From positions 309,940 to 373,939 of the forward strand of contig JBFMAF010000024.1 in NCBI GenBank assembly GCA_040755995.1: a stretch of 64,000 bases of DNA, written 5' to 3'. Positions within the stretch are counted from its first letter, which is position 1. Every line of letters starts with the position of its first letter. Origin of the DNA: Acidobacteriota bacterium (lineage in GTDB: Bacteria > Acidobacteriota > CAIWXX01). Of the stretch, positions 37,641 through 46,618 are shown in pieces. The notes beneath the pieces were generated by a model. That model was not told the DNA's origin. It did no database searches and saw nothing but the letters and a program-made list of their open reading frames with translations. The translations under genes were made by a program, and so were the position numbers.

Positions 37641-37657
37641 TAGGGGATATCGAGGCG

Positions 37658-38779
37658 ATGCGCAAGACGTGGGCCGTCGCACTGAAGGAGCTGCGGCAGG
37701 CTTTTCGAGACCCGTTGAGCCTTGGGATGCTCATCGCCCTTCCCACGTTCATCCTCCTGCTCTATGGCTATGCGTTGAACTTCGACGTCAAGCACGTGGC
37801 GCTTGCAGTGCAGGACCGGGACAAGAGCCAGGAGAGCCGCGATCTTGTGGCCTCATTCGTCAACACGCCCTACTTCGACCTGGCAGCGGATCTCGATGCC
37901 GGTGCGGACTTCGCGAGGCTCACGGAGAGCAGGCGAGCCAGGGCCATACTCGTGATACCGGAGGGGTTCTCGAGGGAGCTCGCGGCCGGCAGGACCGCCG
38001 ATGTGCAGATGATACTGGATGGAGCCGATGCCAACACAGCATCGATCGTGCTGAGCTATGCCACGGCGATTGTCGCGGATGCCAATGTGCGAATCCTGCG
38101 CGCTGCCATGGGAAGCACGGCCGGCACGATCGTGCCTATCGACTACCAGCCACGCGTGTGGTACAACCCCGAGCTCAAGTCGACGCACTTTCTGGTGCCC
38201 GGGCTGATCGGCTTCATTCTGATGTTGACGGCGGTCGTGTCCACCGCCCTGTCGATAGCGCGAGAAAAAGAGCGGGGCACGATGGAACAGCTCCGGGTGG
38301 CGCCGCTCGGCTCGGGACACCTGCTCTTCGGCAAGACCCTCCCTTATCTCGGGATCTCGGCAATCGCAACCGTGTTGATCCTCGTGGCGGCGCGGATTCT
38401 CTTCGGCGTCGTAATCCGCGGACCGTACCTCGATCTGGCGATCGCAACCTTCCTCTATCTCGTGGATGGGCTGCTGTTCGGCCTGTTTATTTCGAGCGTG
38501 AGCCACACCCAGGCGATGGCATTCCAGGCCGGCACGGTCACATCTATGCTTCCCGCGATTCTGCTTTCCGGATTCGTGTTTCCGATCCGCTCGATGCCGG
38601 AGGTTTTGCAGTACGTGACCTACCTTGTCCCAGCCCGGTACTACCTCGTGATCCTGCGCGGGATCATCCTGAAGGGAGCCGGCCTGGGGCAGTTCGTCCG
38701 CGAGCTGGCGCTGCTGACCGTCTATGGTGTGGTCGTCTTTGCGTTGGCTTCGGTCCTGAGACGGCGTAAGGAGGCGTGA
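37658..38779 (+). CDS. ABC-2 type permease (YbhS-like)
   Basis: KELRQAFRD, WYNPEL, AREKERGTMEQL, LSGFVFPIRSMP. Confidence 0.92.
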   Translation: MRKTWAVALKELRQAFRDPLSLGMLIALPTFILLLYGYALNFDVKHVALAVQDRDKSQESRDLVASFVNTPYFDLAADLDAGADFARLTESRRARAILVIPEGFSRELAAGRTADVQMILDGADANTASIVLSYATAIVADANVRILRAAMGSTAGTIVPIDYQPRVWYNPELKSTHFLVPGLIGFILMLTAVVSTALSIAREKERGTMEQLRVAPLGSGHLLFGKTLPYLGISAIATVLILVAARILFGVVIRGPYLDLAIATFLYLVDGLLFGLFISSVSHTQAMAFQAGTVTSMLPAILLSGFVFPIRSMPEVLQYVTYLVPARYYLVILRGIILKGAGLGQFVRELALLTVYGVVVFALASVLRRRKEA

Positions 38780-38780
38780 G

Positions 38781-39962
38781 GTGTACGTGCTCTTCCGGGT
38801 CATACAGAAGGAGTTCCTCCAGATACGCAGGGACAGGCGCATGATCCCGATGATCCTGGTCGGACCTCTGATTCAGCTCATCGCATTCGGCTATGCGGCC
38901 AACACCGACGTCGTCGACATCCCGACGGTCCTCGTGGATCAGGATCGTACGCAGGCAAGCCGCGAGCTGGTCGATCGGTTCGTCGGCTCGGGCTACTTCG
39001 ATGTCGTAGGCGCCGAGGACACGGTCCAGGGCGTCGAAAAGTGGCTCGTGGGCGGCGATGCTCTGGTGGCCCTGGTCATCGGCGAGGGGTACGGTGATGC
39101 ACTGGCGTCGGGCGAGACCGCCCACATTCAGCTGATCGCCGACGGCAGCGACTCGAACTCGGCCGTGGTCGGCACCGGCTACGCGGCGCGCATCGTCACG
39201 CAGAAGGGGAGCGAGGCGCTGCAGGAGGCGCTGGCCCGCCGGACGCCGTTGGCGGCCGTAAAGGGCGCCGCCCTGCTCGTCCCGTCCAGCCCGTCCGTGA
39301 GATTGCCTCCGGCGGGCCGGATCGAGCTGATCCCGCGGATCTGGTACAACCCGGATCTCAAGAGCCGCTGGTTCTACGTGCCTGCCGTCCTGGCCATGGT
39401 GTTGATGCTCACAACCATGATCCTCTCGTCAATGGGTGTGGTGCGAGAGAAGGAGATCGGCACGATGGAACAGCTCATCGTGACGCCGATCAAGGCGTGG
39501 CAGCTGATCGTCGGGAAGCTGCTCCCCTTCGCCATCATCGGGCTCGTCATTCTTCACCTTGTGACGGCGCTGGCGGTGTGGCACTTCGGAGTGCCGTTCA
39601 GGGGCTCCCTGATCCTGCTGGTGCTGCTCACGGCGCTCTTCCTCACGAACACACTCGGCCTGGGCCTCCTGATGTCCACTCTGGTGCGCACGCAGCAGCA
39701 GGCGATGATGGGATCGGTCTTCGCGCTGATGATTCCGATGATCTATCTCTCGGGCCTCATCTTCCCGATCGAGAACATGCCCACGGCGATCCAGTACGTC
39801 ACCTATGCGATTCCCCTGCGCTACTACGCCGTGATCATCCGCGGCATATTCCTCAAGGGCGCTGGCATCGCAGTGCTATGGCCGCAAGCCGTCGCCATGG
39901 CCCTGATGGGCATCGGTTTCCTGGCGCTGGCCTCGGTTCGCTTCAGGAAGCGGCTGGACTGA
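38781..39962 (+). CDS. ABC-2 type permease (YbhR-like)
   Basis: KEFLQIRRD, WYNPDL, REKEIGTMEQL, LSGLIFPIENMP. Confidence 0.92.
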   Translation: MYVLFRVIQKEFLQIRRDRRMIPMILVGPLIQLIAFGYAANTDVVDIPTVLVDQDRTQASRELVDRFVGSGYFDVVGAEDTVQGVEKWLVGGDALVALVIGEGYGDALASGETAHIQLIADGSDSNSAVVGTGYAARIVTQKGSEALQEALARRTPLAAVKGAALLVPSSPSVRLPPAGRIELIPRIWYNPDLKSRWFYVPAVLAMVLMLTTMILSSMGVVREKEIGTMEQLIVTPIKAWQLIVGKLLPFAIIGLVILHLVTALAVWHFGVPFRGSLILLVLLTALFLTNTLGLGLLMSTLVRTQQQAMMGSVFALMIPMIYLSGLIFPIENMPTAIQYVTYAIPLRYYAVIIRGIFLKGAGIAVLWPQAVAMALMGIGFLALASVRFRKRLD

Positions 39963-39999
39963 GCCGGCGCCTTCGGGTCCGCTTGCCGGGCACGCCCGT

Positions 40000-40779
40000 C
40001 TACCCGCGCTCCTCCTTCTCCGCCGTCACACGATTGAACATTGCGTACAGCTGCTTGAAGTGCTGGAGGCTTTCGCAGATCAGGGGCTCGAGACTCGGCA
40101 GATCCGCCTTGTTCACCGTGACGTTGGCGCCGTGCAGGAAGGCGGTGTTGGCATCGCCTGTTCTGAGGGTTGAGGAGATCAAGACGACGAGCGTCTGCCG
40201 GCGCTGGACCGGTTTCTGCCCGTTGATCTTCGCGATGATCTTGATGCCGCCCTCGGGATCATCCGGGAATGCCTGGCCCACAGTGATCAGCTGGTAGGTC
40301 CCCGACGACACCTCCTGGATCGCATCGGCGGCGCTCCGTGCCACTTCCACCGAGTATCCCAGGCGGCTCAGGACCCGCGAGATCCCATCGACCTGGCCCT
40401 GATCATCGTCGCAGATCAGGGCCCTCTTCGCGCCGTACTCGCGGCCGGAGTCTTCGGCGGCAAGGGCGGTTTCGGCCGGGTCGAGGTCGCGTCCGAAGAG
40501 AGCCCTCACGGAGTCCAGGATCTCCTTTTTCGTCGCCGCCAGCTCGCGCCTGACATACGCCTGAACGGCGGGCGAGATCTCGTCTCCTGGTGGCGAAGCC
40601 GCCTGGCCCGAGGCAGCCGGGACATGCGGGCTCGACGGAGGCGCGGCCGTCCTGGTCGCATCCTTTTGCACAGTGACGATCTTCCCGCAGTTCGGGCAGG
40701 GCGTCCGGAAGACGCCGGTGGGCGCTTTCGCATCATCGATCTGGATCAGGTTCTTGCAGTCGGGACAGCTCACTCTCAT
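40000..40779 (-). CDS. Zinc-ribbon (MJ0042-like) plus pseudo-receiver domain protein
   Basis: CPDC..CPNC; Pro/Ala linker; REC-like fold with ICDDD but LITVG where the phospho-Asp is expected. Confidence 0.75.
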   Translation of the reverse strand: MRVSCPDCKNLIQIDDAKAPTGVFRTPCPNCGKIVTVQKDATRTAAPPSSPHVPAASGQAASPPGDEISPAVQAYVRRELAATKKEILDSVRALFGRDLDPAETALAAEDSGREYGAKRALICDDDQGQVDGISRVLSRLGYSVEVARSAADAIQEVSSGTYQLITVGQAFPDDPEGGIKIIAKINGQKPVQRRQTLVVLISSTLRTGDANTAFLHGANVTVNKADLPSLEPLICESLQHFKQLYAMFNRVTAEKEERG

Positions 40780-40790
40780 GACGTCCTCCG

Positions 40791-42035
40791 CTACTCCAGC
40801 CAGTCCGGCTTGTTCTCCACCCGAGTCGGGCCGGGGCCCGTCCGTGCCTTGGGCGGTGGGCTTGCGGCCGGCGCCGGAGCGGGACTCGGCGGCGGTTGCT
40901 CCACTTCAGCGCCCGGAGCAAGCTGATCGATCGCAGCGTCCGACCCCAGCCCCTGGAACGCGAGCGCAAGGTTGCCGGGATTGGTGGCGTAGCTCAACGC
41001 CACCTGCTCCTCGATTATCCCCGCCTGCACCATCCTCTCCAGCTCGCTGTCGAACGCCTGCATGCCGTCGAGATGCCCGTCGTTCATCGCATCCACCAGG
41101 GAACGCCCCTCCGACTCCCCCCTGACGATGTACTCGCGCGTGCGCAGCGTCGACCTCAGAATCTCGATCGCGGCGACCCGCCCGCCGCCTCTCTTGGGAA
41201 CCAGGCGCTGGGAGATGACCCACTTGAACGTCTGCGCGAACCGCGTGCGGATCTGCTGCTCCTCGTTCGTCGGGAAGATGCCGATGATGCGGGCGATCGT
41301 CTTGGAAGCGTCGATCGTGTGGAGCGTGCTAAGAACGAGATGGCCCGTCTCGGCGGCCTCCAACGCAATCTCCGTGGTCTCGGCGTCCCGCATCTCGCCC
41401 ACAAGCACTACTTTGGGCGCCTGCCTCAACGCCGCGCGCAGCGCCAGCGAGAAGGTCGTGGTGTCCGTGCCAAGCTCGCGCTGGTTCACAGTCGACTTCT
41501 TGTGCTGGTGAAGGTACTCGATCGGATCCTCGATGGTCACGATATGGTACGCGTGTTTTTCATTGATGTCGTTGATGATGGCCGCCAATGTCGTCGACTT
41601 CCCGCTGCCGGTCGGGCCCGTCACAAGCACGATCCCGTTCTTCTCCTCAGCCACGGCGTACAGAGCCTTGGGCAATCCCATCTGGGCAATCGACGGCACG
41701 CCCGAGGGAATCACGCGCATCACGATCGCGAACGTACCACGCTGCAAGAACACGTTCACGCGAAAGCGCGTCACGCCGGGTATGCTATAAGACAGGTCGG
41801 TTGAACCCGTATGGACCAGTTTCCGCATGGTCTCCTGATCCTGTCCCATCAGACTGAGCGCGATCATCTCGGTCTGATACGGGCTGAGCCTCTCCATCCC
41901 CTTGATCGGCACGGACACCAGCTCGCCGCTCACCTCCACCTGCGGCGGCCTGCCGACCGAGAAGTTCAAGTCGGATATGCCCTCGCGCATGCGAAGCATC
42001 GATTCGAAGATCCGGTTTACCTCCACCTTGTTCAT
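40791..42035 (-). CDS. pilT: PilT/PilU-family type IV pilus ATPase
   Basis: SDLNF, RFRVN, GPTGSGKST, EDPIE, LRQAP, GEMRD, STLH; lacks a clear AIRNLIRE motif; Pro-rich tail. Confidence 0.9.
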   Translation of the reverse strand: MNKVEVNRIFESMLRMREGISDLNFSVGRPPQVEVSGELVSVPIKGMERLSPYQTEMIALSLMGQDQETMRKLVHTGSTDLSYSIPGVTRFRVNVFLQRGTFAIVMRVIPSGVPSIAQMGLPKALYAVAEEKNGIVLVTGPTGSGKSTTLAAIINDINEKHAYHIVTIEDPIEYLHQHKKSTVNQRELGTDTTTFSLALRAALRQAPKVVLVGEMRDAETTEIALEAAETGHLVLSTLHTIDASKTIARIIGIFPTNEEQQIRTRFAQTFKWVISQRLVPKRGGGRVAAIEILRSTLRTREYIVRGESEGRSLVDAMNDGHLDGMQAFDSELERMVQAGIIEEQVALSYATNPGNLALAFQGLGSDAAIDQLAPGAEVEQPPPSPAPAPAASPPPKARTGPGPTRVENKPDWLE

Positions 42036-42186
42036 GGTGTGCCCCCAGTGCTCCAACGAGATATCGCTACTGCCTGAGAAGTATCTCACGACGAGACCGC
42101 AGAGGCAATCGTGGGCGGACTCTCCCGCTCCGATTGTCATCCTCCTGATACACAGCCATGTGGATTCGTGCTATGGTGGAGTTGAG

Positions 42187-43386
42187 ATGGATAGCAAGAG
42201 AGCGCCCGGGTCCTCACGTCCCCGCACCGGGACGCGTGCGAGCGCGCGTCGCACCGAGGGGCAGCCCGGGCCAGCTGGTGACGGACGGCATGTCACAGGA
42301 GTCGCGGATCTGGGTGATGGCGATGCTGCGTTCCTCAGACGGCTTGCCAACAACTACCTCCCGTCGAGGGGGGATCCTCTCATTCCGCTCCCTCTGGTGC
42401 GGGAGTGGGGGTTGAGGGACGGCACGGAAGTATCGGGGGTCCTCGGGGACGAAGAGGGCAGAACGCCGACCCTCGCCAGCATCCAGACGGCTGGAAGCCG
42501 GGCTCTTCCGGCGGAGCATCTGATAGTGCCCCAATTCCAGGATCTCGTGTCGATCAATCCGCACGAGATGATCTGCCTGGGTGCAGACGCTTCCGCAACG
42601 AGTCTTCGTGTGATTGATCTCGTCGCGCCGGTAGGCCGCGGCCAGCGCGGGCTCATCGTTTCGCCCCCGCGCGCTGGAAAAACGACGCTCCTGGAACAGA
42701 TCGGATGCGCGATCATCAAGCACCATTCGAATACGCATCTGATCATGCTGCTGATCGACGAACGGCCTGAAGAGGTCACTCACTTCCGGCGGGCGGTCGG
42801 TGGCGAGGTCCTCGCGTCCTCAGCAGACTCGGAATCCGACGCTCACCTGCGGCTGGCGTGGATCGCAGTAGAGCGCGCCAAGAGGCTCGCCGAGGCGGGG
42901 CGCCACGTGGTGATCCTTCTCGACAGTCTGACCCGCCTCGGACGCGCCAGCAACCGCGAGATGGGTCGTGGCGGCCGCACGATGTCAGGTGGTGTCGACA
43001 GCCGGGCCCTGCAGTTCCCGAGGCAGTTCTTCGGAGCAGCACGGTGCTGCGAGGGGGCAGGCAGCCTCACGATCCTGGCTACCGTTCTCATCGACACCGC
43101 CAGCCGAATGGATGAGGTGATATTCCAGGAGTTCAAGGGGACCGGCAACATGGAGCTCCTCCTGGACAGGGATCTGGCCGAACGGCGGATCTTCCCGGCA
43201 GTCGACGTGCTGCGGTCCGGCACGCGGCGCGAAGAACTCCTGTGCTCGGCAGACGAGCTCAGGCAGCGACACAGGCTCCGCCGAGCCCTCGCCGACCTGC
43301 CGCTCGCTGAAGCAGCGCGAAAGCTCATAGCACTGATCGAGAAGACTGCATCCAACGCTGATCTGCTTCAGATGATGAGTGGGTAG
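42187..43386 (+). CDS. rho: Transcription termination factor Rho (short, divergent N-terminus)
   Basis: PVGRGQRGLIVSPPRAGKT, DERPEEVT, LLDSLTRL, MSGGVD, EFKGTGNMEL, SGTRREELL. Confidence 0.92.
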   Translation: MDSKRAPGSSRPRTGTRASARRTEGQPGPAGDGRHVTGVADLGDGDAAFLRRLANNYLPSRGDPLIPLPLVREWGLRDGTEVSGVLGDEEGRTPTLASIQTAGSRALPAEHLIVPQFQDLVSINPHEMICLGADASATSLRVIDLVAPVGRGQRGLIVSPPRAGKTTLLEQIGCAIIKHHSNTHLIMLLIDERPEEVTHFRRAVGGEVLASSADSESDAHLRLAWIAVERAKRLAEAGRHVVILLDSLTRLGRASNREMGRGGRTMSGGVDSRALQFPRQFFGAARCCEGAGSLTILATVLIDTASRMDEVIFQEFKGTGNMELLLDRDLAERRIFPAVDVLRSGTRREELLCSADELRQRHRLRRALADLPLAEAARKLIALIEKTASNADLLQMMSG

Positions 43387-43510
43387 AGTTGTCAGTTGTC
43401 AGTTCGACGGCGTCCGCAGTCCGAACAGGGGCGTACGTGCCACGCCGTCGGACGTCCGTGGCTCCGGTCGATGCTGGCTTCTCTGTACTGACAACCGCCA
43501 ACTGACAACT
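43387..43510. repeat. Inverted heptamer arrays (GTTGTCA ... TGACAAC) enclosing an internal hairpin
   Basis: agttgtcagttg at 43387 pairs with caactgacaact ending at 43510; internal cgacggcgt/acgccgtcg stem. Confidence 0.75.
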
Positions 43511-43519
43511 TCCTCTTGT

Positions 43520-43549
43520 TTGACATCTTCGATTGAGTTGTGTTAGAAA
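43520..43549 (+). promoter_or_regulatory. Candidate sigma-70 promoter for the SAM-I leader
   Basis: TTGACA, 18 nt, then TAGAAA preceded by TG-n, about 30 nt upstream of the riboswitch. Confidence 0.55.
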
Positions 43550-43581
43550 AGCGCCCGTTCGTACGGCTATGAGTTGCAGTG

Positions 43582-43696
43582 CTTATCCAGAGAGGTGGAG
43601 GGACCGGCCCTGTGAAGCCTCGGCAACCCGGCAGCGCACCCATCAGCTGCCATGGTGCCAATTCCGGCAGACCCCCGGAGGGATCTGGAAGATGAG
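43582..43696 (+). ncRNA. SAM-I (S-box) riboswitch
   Basis: CTTATCCAGAGAGGTGGAGGGACCGGCCCTGTGAAGCCTCGGCAACC...GGTGCCAATTCC...GGAAGATGAG; upstream of methionine biosynthesis genes. Confidence 0.95.
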
Positions 43697-43948
43697 ACAC
43701 GCTGGAATGATCATGCCTGCCTCCTCAGCCCGCGTCCAGCGCAGCTGAGGAGGCAACCGCATACCCGACGCGCTCCTACTCGGAGAGGTCGTCGGGACAC
43801 CTGCCCGCTCGCCGGCAGGAGCACCCTGAGAGGGCGCTCGGGCGGCGCCTGAGCGATTTGCGGGAAGTTCTCGCAATCTCGAGAGGGAGTCTCTAATCGA
43901 AACAAAGCGAGCTTTCGAGAGAAGAGTCTGAACACGAGGAGAAACAAG

Positions 43949-45133
43949 ATGGCTGATCACTATTCGACACAGGCAGTACACGCAGGCGAAGATCGACGGA
44001 AACCCTGCGGGGCACTCACCACTCCCGTCTACCATACCTCCACCTACACGTTCGCCGACACCGGCGAGATTCTCGAATTCATGCGGCGGAAGAGCGCCGG
44101 TGACTGGCCGTTGAGAGACGAATACGGTAGATACAGCAATCCCACGCAGAGCGCAGCTGAACGCAAGCTGGCGGCTCTGGAACGGGGTGAACGCGCGCTG
44201 CTGTTCGGGAGCGGTATGTGCGCGATCACCACCACGTTGCTGACGTTTCTTTCCGCCGGTGACCACATGGTCATGGCAAGCGATGCCTACCACCGCACCA
44301 AGGATTTCGCACAGATGTTTCTCACGCGCTGGGGAATCGAGACGACGATGGTGCGGATCGGCCGGCCTGATGAGATCGAGGCTGCCATGCGGCCGGCGTC
44401 ACGGTTGCTCTTCGCCGAAACCCCGACGAATCCATACTTGCGAATCGCCGACATCGCACGGCTGGTCGAGATCGCGCGGCGCAGGAACGTGCTGAGCGTC
44501 ATCGACAGCACGTTTGCCACGCCTATCAACCTGCGCCCACTGGAGCTCGGTGTCGATCTGGTCGTCCACAGCGCGACGAAGTACCTTGGAGGACACAATG
44601 ATCTCCTTGCCGGCGTCGTCGTGGGGTCGCACAGGCTGGTGGCACAGATCGAGAAGACGAGAGGTGTCGTGGGTGGAGTGAGCAACCCACATGACGCATA
44701 CCAGCTCATCCGAGGGCTGAAGACCCTGGAGCTGCGAGTTCTCCGGCAGAACGAGAGCGGGCTGCGGCTCGCGCGCTTCCTGGAGAGCCATGGCTCTGTC
44801 GAGCGCGTCTACTACCCGGGGCTCGCAAGCCATCCCGACCACGATCTGGCGAAGCGGCAGATGACCGGGTTCGGCGGGGTCGTCAGCTTCGAGATCAAGG
44901 GGGACTTCTTGAAAACAGGCCGGTTCATCGACGCCCTGCGACTACCGTTCGTCGGGCCGACGCTTGGAGGAGTCGAAAGCGTCGTCCAGCAGAACGCGGT
45001 CCTTTTCTCGCTGGATCCGGCCGAATGGCGGGCCGGAGGCATCACGGACAACCTGGTGCGATACGCGATCGGCATCGAAAACGTCGAAGATCTCATCGCA
45101 GATTTGGATCAGGCACTGGCCCAAATCGGATAG
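43949..45133 (+). CDS. metB: Cystathionine gamma-synthase / trans-sulfuration PLP enzyme (plant-CGS-like motifs)
   Basis: EYGRYSNPT, SGMCAI, ETPTNP, DSTFATP, HSATKYLGGHND, FGGVVSF. Confidence 0.85.
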   Translation: MADHYSTQAVHAGEDRRKPCGALTTPVYHTSTYTFADTGEILEFMRRKSAGDWPLRDEYGRYSNPTQSAAERKLAALERGERALLFGSGMCAITTTLLTFLSAGDHMVMASDAYHRTKDFAQMFLTRWGIETTMVRIGRPDEIEAAMRPASRLLFAETPTNPYLRIADIARLVEIARRRNVLSVIDSTFATPINLRPLELGVDLVVHSATKYLGGHNDLLAGVVVGSHRLVAQIEKTRGVVGGVSNPHDAYQLIRGLKTLELRVLRQNESGLRLARFLESHGSVERVYYPGLASHPDHDLAKRQMTGFGGVVSFEIKGDFLKTGRFIDALRLPFVGPTLGGVESVVQQNAVLFSLDPAEWRAGGITDNLVRYAIGIENVEDLIADLDQALAQIG

Positions 45134-45148
45134 AACACAGGAGGAGAA

Positions 45149-46618
45149 GTGATAGTCAACAAGTTCGGCGGAACCTCCGTCGGGAACCCACAGTGCATGG
45201 CAGATGTGGCCGATATCCTCATCGAGCAGCACAATCGAACGAAACCCGGAGACAGCGGCGATATGCGATCCGCTTCTAAAGGCACCGTCGTGGTCGTGTC
45301 GGCCATGAGCGGCGTTACGGACAGACTGATCGCGGGTGCACGGGCTGCTGCCGAGGGCCAAGACGGCGTCTACCGGGATATCAAGGCGGCCCTGCTGGCC
45401 CGGCACCTCGATGTGGTCGAGACGTTGCTGAGCCACAGCCCGGAGAGACTGGAGGTGGGCGGCCTGGTCGAAGACCGCCTGCACGATCTCGATCGCCTCT
45501 ACCGCAGCATAGCAGTCCTGGGCGAGCTGACGGTACGAGGATGCGACGCGGTCGCGTCGTTCGGCGAACAGCTCTCAGCCAATATCCTCGCTGCGGTGTT
45601 GCGCGACCGAGGCGCGCGGGCGCAGGCACTGAGCGCCACAGAACTGATCGTGACCGATGGTCACTTCGGCGCGGCGACCCCTCTGGTCGAGCAGACCAAC
45701 GAGCGCCTGCAGCAGCGCGTCAGGCCGCTCCTGGAGCGGGGGACGATTCCGGTGATTACGGGGTACATCGCAGCGACCGAGCAGGGCGCGACAACCACAC
45801 TCGGGCGGGGAGGCAGCGACTACACGGCGGCCATCGTGGGGGCGGGCCTGGAGGCCGAGGAAGTGTGGATCTGGACTGACGTCGACGGCATACTCACGGC
45901 GGACCCGAACATAGTGTCCGGGGCCAGGACGCTCGCCGAGCTCTCATACTCCGAGGCGGCCGAGCTCGCTTACTTCGGCGCCGACGTGCTGCATCCGAAG
46001 ACCATACGGCCGGTCGTGGCCGGCCGGATACCGCTGCGCATCCTGAACACGTTCAATCCATCTCGACGCGGCACGCTTATCGTCGACAGCCCGCGACCCG
46101 ATCGCGACCTGTCGCCCGCGATCATTTCGACTACCGGCCTCAGCATGATCGGCGTCGGCACACAGGATGACTCCTGGACGCTCGACATGGCGGCCTGCGC
46201 TTTGCGGCTGCTCAGCGACGCAGGCGTCGACGTGCTGCTGTTCTCGCAGGCGTTCTCGGAACACAGCCTGAGCCTCGTCGTGCGCGAACAGAATCAGGCT
46301 CACTGCCTGAACGTACTCAGAGCCCGGTTTGGCGGAGAGAGCGCGCAGACGGACACGGGGAATCGGAAAGACGACGGCATGTATACACTGGGGACGCGGG
46401 AGAAGGTCGCCACGGTGTCCGTAGTGGGAAGGCCGGGATGGAAGGAAAGCCATATCGTGTCCCATGCTTTTGCTGCTCTCGGCAAGCACGGCACACGCGT
46501 GATCGCCGTGGCACAGGCGGGAACGGAGTACAGCGTGTCATTCTGCATCCCGGAGGACCAGGTCGAAAGCACGGTGCGTTTCCTGCACGCCGAGCTCGGA
46601 CTCGGAGGCAAGGCATGA
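45149..46618 (+). CDS. lysC: Aspartate kinase with two ACT domains
   Basis: KFGGTSV, VVSAMSGVT, TTLGRGGSDYTA, WTDVDG..ADP, FGA.VLHP. Confidence 0.93.
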   Translation: MIVNKFGGTSVGNPQCMADVADILIEQHNRTKPGDSGDMRSASKGTVVVVSAMSGVTDRLIAGARAAAEGQDGVYRDIKAALLARHLDVVETLLSHSPERLEVGGLVEDRLHDLDRLYRSIAVLGELTVRGCDAVASFGEQLSANILAAVLRDRGARAQALSATELIVTDGHFGAATPLVEQTNERLQQRVRPLLERGTIPVITGYIAATEQGATTTLGRGGSDYTAAIVGAGLEAEEVWIWTDVDGILTADPNIVSGARTLAELSYSEAAELAYFGADVLHPKTIRPVVAGRIPLRILNTFNPSRRGTLIVDSPRPDRDLSPAIISTTGLSMIGVGTQDDSWTLDMAACALRLLSDAGVDVLLFSQAFSEHSLSLVVREQNQAHCLNVLRARFGGESAQTDTGNRKDDGMYTLGTREKVATVSVVGRPGWKESHIVSHAFAALGKHGTRVIAVAQAGTEYSVSFCIPEDQVESTVRFLHAELGLGGKA

